Assembly (NCBI GenBank): GCA_042216015.1
Contig: JBDGUI010000020.1
Location: 1 to 45,179, forward strand
Origin: Halodesulfurarchaeum sp.
Lineage (GTDB): Archaea > Halobacteriota > Halobacteria > Halobacteriales > Halobacteriaceae
Length of the DNA stretch: 45,179 nt
Reading direction: 5' to 3'
A program made the translations under genes and the position numbers. Position 1 is the stretch's first letter. Each line of letters begins with the position of its first letter. The notes below the pieces were generated by a model. The model made no database searches, was not told the origin of the DNA, and worked only from the letters and a program-made list of their open reading frames with translations. This document shows positions 41,353 to 45,179 of this stretch, piece after piece.

Positions 41353-42174
41353 ATGATCGTGGGAATCGTCGCACAGCGGGAGAACGGACGGGCCGTCGAC
41401 CTCGCCGCCGCCGTCGCGGATCGACTCTCCGAGGGGGACACGGCCGTTCGGTGCGATCGACGGACGGTCGAGGAGATCGATGTCGGGGGCTGTGGCGTCG
41501 AGGAGATGGACGAGTGTGACCTCGTCGTCTCCATCGGTGGTGATGGGACCTTCCTCTATGCGGCCCGAGGGGCCGGCTCGACGCCGGTCCTGGGGGTCAA
41601 CCTCGGGGAGGTCGGCTTTCTGAATACCGTCTCGCCCGAGCACGCCGTCGAGACGGTCGAGCGGGAGGTGGCCCAGTTCCGGGAGACGGGGTCCATCAGT
41701 CATCGCGAGGTACCGCGGGTGAAGCTCGCCGGCCCGGACTGGACGCTCTCGCCGGCGCTCAACGAGGTGCTCATCCAGGGTCACCGCCGCGGCCACGCCG
41801 ACGGTCTCGACGTGGAGATTCGGGTCGATGGGTCGACCTACGATACGATTCAGGGCGATGGCGTCCTCGTGGCCACGCCGACGGGGAGCACCGCCTACAA
41901 CCTCAGTGAGGGCGGACCCCTCGTCCACCCACGAATCGACGGGTTCGTGGTGACCCCGATGGCCGGGCGTGAGGCACTGCCTCCCCTCCTGGTCCCGGAC
42001 GACGCCGAGATCGAGATCGCCATCGGCGGGGCCGAAACGGCGGTCGTCTCGAGTGACGGCTCGGAGCACCGGGAGCTTTCCCCACCGACGACCGTGACCG
42101 TTTCGGCAGGTGACCCGGCGAAGGTAGCCGGACCGGGCGCGGCGTTCTTCGAGGCTCTCGGGAAGCTGGAGTGA
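41353..42174 (+). CDS. nadK: NAD(+) kinase
   Basis: [35 protein letters not shown]; start at ATG 41353. Confidence 0.94.
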   Translation: MIVGIVAQRENGRAVDLAAAVADRLSEGDTAVRCDRRTVEEIDVGGCGVEEMDECDLVVSIGGDGTFLYAARGAGSTPVLGVNLGEVGFLNTVSPEHAVETVEREVAQFRETGSISHREVPRVKLAGPDWTLSPALNEVLIQGHRRGHADGLDVEIRVDGSTYDTIQGDGVLVATPTGSTAYNLSEGGPLVHPRIDGFVVTPMAGREALPPLLVPDDAEIEIAIGGAETAVVSSDGSEHRELSPPTTVTVSAGDPAKVAGPGAAFFEALGKLE

Positions 42175-42235
42175 TTGGAGAGCGATCGACCGCAATGGAA
42201 AGGGTAAACGTGTGGACTCTCCAAGCGGAGGACAC

Positions 42236-43168
42236 ATGAGTCACGAGCTGCCGGACGTGCAGGCGTCCAAGCCGGACGTAACCGTGGGACTCGAGCGTGT
42301 CGGGGTCACCGGCGTCGAGAAACTCGTCAAGATCGGCCGGACGAGCGGTCGACCGCTCGTGTTGATGGCCGAGTTCGAGGTCTTCGTCGACCTGCCACGC
42401 GGCCGAAAGGGGCTCGACATGTCCCGGAACATGGAGGTCATCGACGAGACCCTCGAGGACGCGGTGAGCGAGCCGGTCTACCGGGTCGAGGAGATGTGTG
42501 GCGAGGTCGCCGAGCGCCTCCTCACGAAACACGAGTACACCTCGAAGGCGATGGTCAGGATGGAGGCCGAGTACATGATTCGGGATGAGACCCCCGCCAC
42601 CGAGCGCCCGACCCAGAGCCGGGTCGACTTCCTCGCGAGCGCGACGGCCGTGGACGGCGAGGAGACCCGCGAGGAGATCGGGGCCCGCGTCGACGGGATG
42701 ACGGTCTGTCCCTGCTCGCAGGGCATGATGGAGGAGCGAGCCCGCGAGAAGCTCCAGAACCTGGAAGTCGACCCCGCCGCTGTCGACGAGTTCCTCGCAG
42801 CGGTTCCCCAGGCCGGTCACTCTCAGCGTGGCCATGCCACCCTCACCGTCGAGGCGCCCGGCGACCCCGAGGTGGACTTCCGGGACCTCGTGGAGATCGC
42901 CCGGGACGCCATGAGCGCCCGCATCTACAACATGGCTAAGCGCCCGGACGAGGACCACATGACCCATCAGGCCCACGTCCACGCCCGCTTCGTCGAGGAC
43001 TGTGTTCGGTCGATGGCCGAGCAGGTCGTCGACACCTGCGAGGCGGTCGACGACGAGGCGGTCATCACCATGAAACAGGAGAACGAGGAGTCGATCCACC
43101 AGCACGACGCCCACGCCGAGCGGGTGGCCACGATGGGCGAACTCCGATCGGAAGTCAACGGCAACTAA
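42236..43168 (+). CDS. mptA: GTP cyclohydrolase MptA (FolE2 family)
   Basis: [49 protein letters not shown]. Confidence 0.94.
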   Translation: MSHELPDVQASKPDVTVGLERVGVTGVEKLVKIGRTSGRPLVLMAEFEVFVDLPRGRKGLDMSRNMEVIDETLEDAVSEPVYRVEEMCGEVAERLLTKHEYTSKAMVRMEAEYMIRDETPATERPTQSRVDFLASATAVDGEETREEIGARVDGMTVCPCSQGMMEERAREKLQNLEVDPAAVDEFLAAVPQAGHSQRGHATLTVEAPGDPEVDFRDLVEIARDAMSARIYNMAKRPDEDHMTHQAHVHARFVEDCVRSMAEQVVDTCEAVDDEAVITMKQENEESIHQHDAHAERVATMGELRSEVNGN

Positions 43169-43262
43169 CGCCCGACCCCGTGCTCGCCGACCCCCGAGTC
43201 CGGGGTCGCCGTGCGGGCGGTGGGGCCGAAGGGTTATAGCCCCGAGGACGCTACGGAATCCC

Positions 43263-43838
43263 ATGTTGCGATGGGTGCTGGTCGGGCTGTTGCTCATTCC
43301 GCTCGCCGACATGGCCCTGCTGGTCGTCGTCGCCGGAGCGATCGGCTGGCCGCCGACGGTCGCACTCGTGGTATTGACGGCCCTTCTCGGGATGCTCTTC
43401 GTCCGGGCGGAGGGACGGCACACCCTCCGGAAGATCCAGCAGTCTCTCGCCCGGGGAGACCTCCCCACCGATCAGGTGATCGACGGGGGCCTGCTCATTG
43501 CGGCCGGTGCCTTCCTGCTCACGCCGGGACTGGTGACGGACGCGGTCGGCTTTCTGATCGCCGTGCCGCTCACGCGGATCCCCATCAGGTTCGTGCTCAA
43601 GCGCTACGTCATCACGCCCGCGATCGACCGCCAGACCGGGGGGTTTGCCACCGGGCGAATTTACCTGGGCGGGTTCCCCGACGACGGAGGTCCTGGAAGC
43701 GGTCCCACCGGCCCCGGCGGTCCTCGATCATCCGGGCCGGGACCGGACGGCGAAGCCGGTGGATCCGGGCAGGGATCGACCGTCGATCTCGGGCCGGAGG
43801 ACTACGATGTCTCGGTCGAGAATGACCGGAGAGAGTGA
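43263..43838 (+). CDS. fxsA: FxsA-family membrane protein
   Basis: LLIPLADM..IGWPPT..AGAFLLTPGLVTD motif and Gly/Pro-rich tail. Confidence 0.85.
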   Translation: MLRWVLVGLLLIPLADMALLVVVAGAIGWPPTVALVVLTALLGMLFVRAEGRHTLRKIQQSLARGDLPTDQVIDGGLLIAAGAFLLTPGLVTDAVGFLIAVPLTRIPIRFVLKRYVITPAIDRQTGGFATGRIYLGGFPDDGGPGSGPTGPGGPRSSGPGPDGEAGGSGQGSTVDLGPEDYDVSVENDRRE

Positions 43839-43917
43839 CCGATTTCGGCCGGGGAACGCCCCGCCGGCAGTCGAAAGGAAACCCTTTTAGTCGACAGCGG
43901 GCAATCCGGAGTTGTCA

Positions 43918-43991
43918 GGGCCAGTAGCTCAATTAGGTAGAGCGCCACTCTGATAAGGTGGAGGCTTGCGGTTCAAATCCGCACTGGCCCA
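43918..43991 (+). tRNA. tRNA-Ile(GAT)
   Basis: GGGCCAG/CTGGCCC acceptor, GCTC/GAGC D-stem, CCACT-CTGATAA-GGTGG anticodon arm, TGCGG-TTCAAAT-CCGCA T-arm. Confidence 0.97.
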
Positions 43992-45179
43992 TGCACGCGC
44001 TGCACGGTTCTTAGCGCGCCCGATTCCGTACTTCTGAGCCTTGTACAGGCCAAATCGTCTTCAAATCCGGCGTCAACGACCGCGCGCGCGGTCGTTAGTT
44101 GATTCAGACTTCGAACGGGGGTCGACGCTTGCTGGGATTTCGCTGTAGCCGAAAACCAGTATCTTAATGGAAAGTTTGGGAGGGAACCGCGACACTGTTC
44201 AGATAAGTTCCTGAGAAATTTCGACTGTTCAGCCCTACTTTCTCCGCGATTTTGAACGGATGAAGGCTATGTGGTGAGCACTTAGCGACATTCTTCCCCA
44301 GACGTTTATTCCGGGCATTACTGAAGGAACACTCTCCCGTGGGTGATCCATATCTTTCCTCGTTGATTACCGTCAGTATTATCCGAACAGTGCCGAGTGG
44401 AAATGAAAATTGCATAGCATATCCACTGGTGTCGAATCAGCATTCCCGGCGAAGGGACGAGTTGATATAGTGGCCAAAGTGGGAAAACTCAAGGTTTGAA
44501 TCCTGTCCTGATGTAAAAGGTGCAAGGAGCGGTGGCGACGACGCCCGTTATTGGTTGTTGGATTCTCTCCCAATCACACGCCATGTGCAAACGATTCGAG
44601 GCTGAAAATAGCCCCATCTGTGGATTGACTTGGACTATGCACGCATTGTGACCTAAATACCATCACCGATGCCCCAAATGGGGCCATCGGTAAACCGAAA
44701 GAAATCCCGTTCGTGAGGGACTAAAATGACCCCTATATTTAGCACAGGTAAAATAGGGAACGGGGACGAATTTCACGTCATTGATTTGATGTATGGGCAA
44801 CATTCATGATGTTCCTAGGTGGGTGTGGGGAACCACACTCGTCGGTGTCGGTTTTTGTCTAACCTTAGTTCATCTTTATCATTATACCCAAGAAAACCCC
44901 ACGCTGGCAATGATTATCGGAGTGATAATCCCAATTGTACTTTCACTCGTCGTTATGTGGGTTGGGTTCCAAATTATCCGCAATCGAGAGTTTCAAGAAA
45001 TAGCTCCCTGGTTAACGGGGTGGATGCTGCTGGGAATGGGGTGGATGGCGATTGCCGGGACAGGAGCGGTGTTATACGAGTCTGCTAAAGGAGCATCGCT
45101 CTCCCATACGTCGTTCCTCATTCTGATTTTCGCCACGTATGGCTGTCTACCCGGGCTGTTCACCGGCTGGTATGACGGA
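43992..45179. mobile_element. Left edge of a probable AT-rich genomic island at tRNA-Ile(GAT)
   Basis: Composition shift after the tRNA (hand count: 45/60 G+C at 43681-43740 vs 25/60 at 44881-44940), ~800 nt without a convincing ORF, then an ORF with AT-ending codons; no integrase inside the window. Confidence 0.55.
44793..45179 (+). CDS. Multi-pass membrane protein, probably the N-terminal sensor domain of a histidine kinase (runs off the window)
   Basis: Hand translation, open from ATG 44793 to the window end: MGNIHDVPRWVWGTTLVGVGFCLTLVHLYHY...IIGVIIPIVLSLVVMWVG...WLTGWMLLGMGW...GCLPGLFTGWYDG; about 4 TM helices. Confidence 0.7.
   Translation, partial: MGNIHDVPRWVWGTTLVGVGFCLTLVHLYHYTQENPTLAMIIGVIIPIVLSLVVMWVGFQIIRNREFQEIAPWLTGWMLLGMGWMAIAGTGAVLYESAKGASLSHTSFLILIFATYGCLPGLFTGWYDG

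Noticed and set aside
44164..44573. Short minus-strand ORFs of 83 and 64 aa, and the 89-aa ORF at 44819
   Set aside because: Basic composition unlike halophile proteins and no motifs; the 44819 ORF is out of frame with the more convincing membrane ORF from 44793.

Overview
GC-rich chromosomal window from a halophilic archaeon (class Halobacteria), judged from acidic proteins, a fused histone doublet, aRF1, A-type ATP synthase and BRE/TATA elements about 25-30 nt before start codons. It is mostly housekeeping: alkA, rpa, histone, cca, a ZIP transporter, ribK/rbkR-ribB, tyw1, argS, minD, prf1, the atpHIKECFAB-D cluster, etfBA, idsA, a KaiC-like ATPase, nadK, mptA and fxsA. There are three complete tRNA genes (Asn-GTT, Ile2-CAT, Ile-GAT) and the 5' end of a probable tRNA-Arg at the left edge. 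Unusual items: (1) a three-unit array of ~135-bp long hairpins behind tRNA-Ile2, each with a sense copy of the tRNA 3' end, an antisense copy of the T-arm, a conserved inner motif and variable but self-complementary stems, abutting an orphan AbrB-type antitoxin; (2) a 520-aa LAGLIDADG intein with an extra HTH in the P-loop of AtpA; (3) a stand-alone MetE catalytic-domain gene between atpB and atpD; (4) candidate DtxR/SirR and RbkR operators; (5) a solitary IS200/IS605 end hairpin; (6) an AT-rich island starting right after tRNA-Ile(GAT), with a membrane-protein ORF missing from the ORF track. Family and DUF names are from motif recognition, not database searches.
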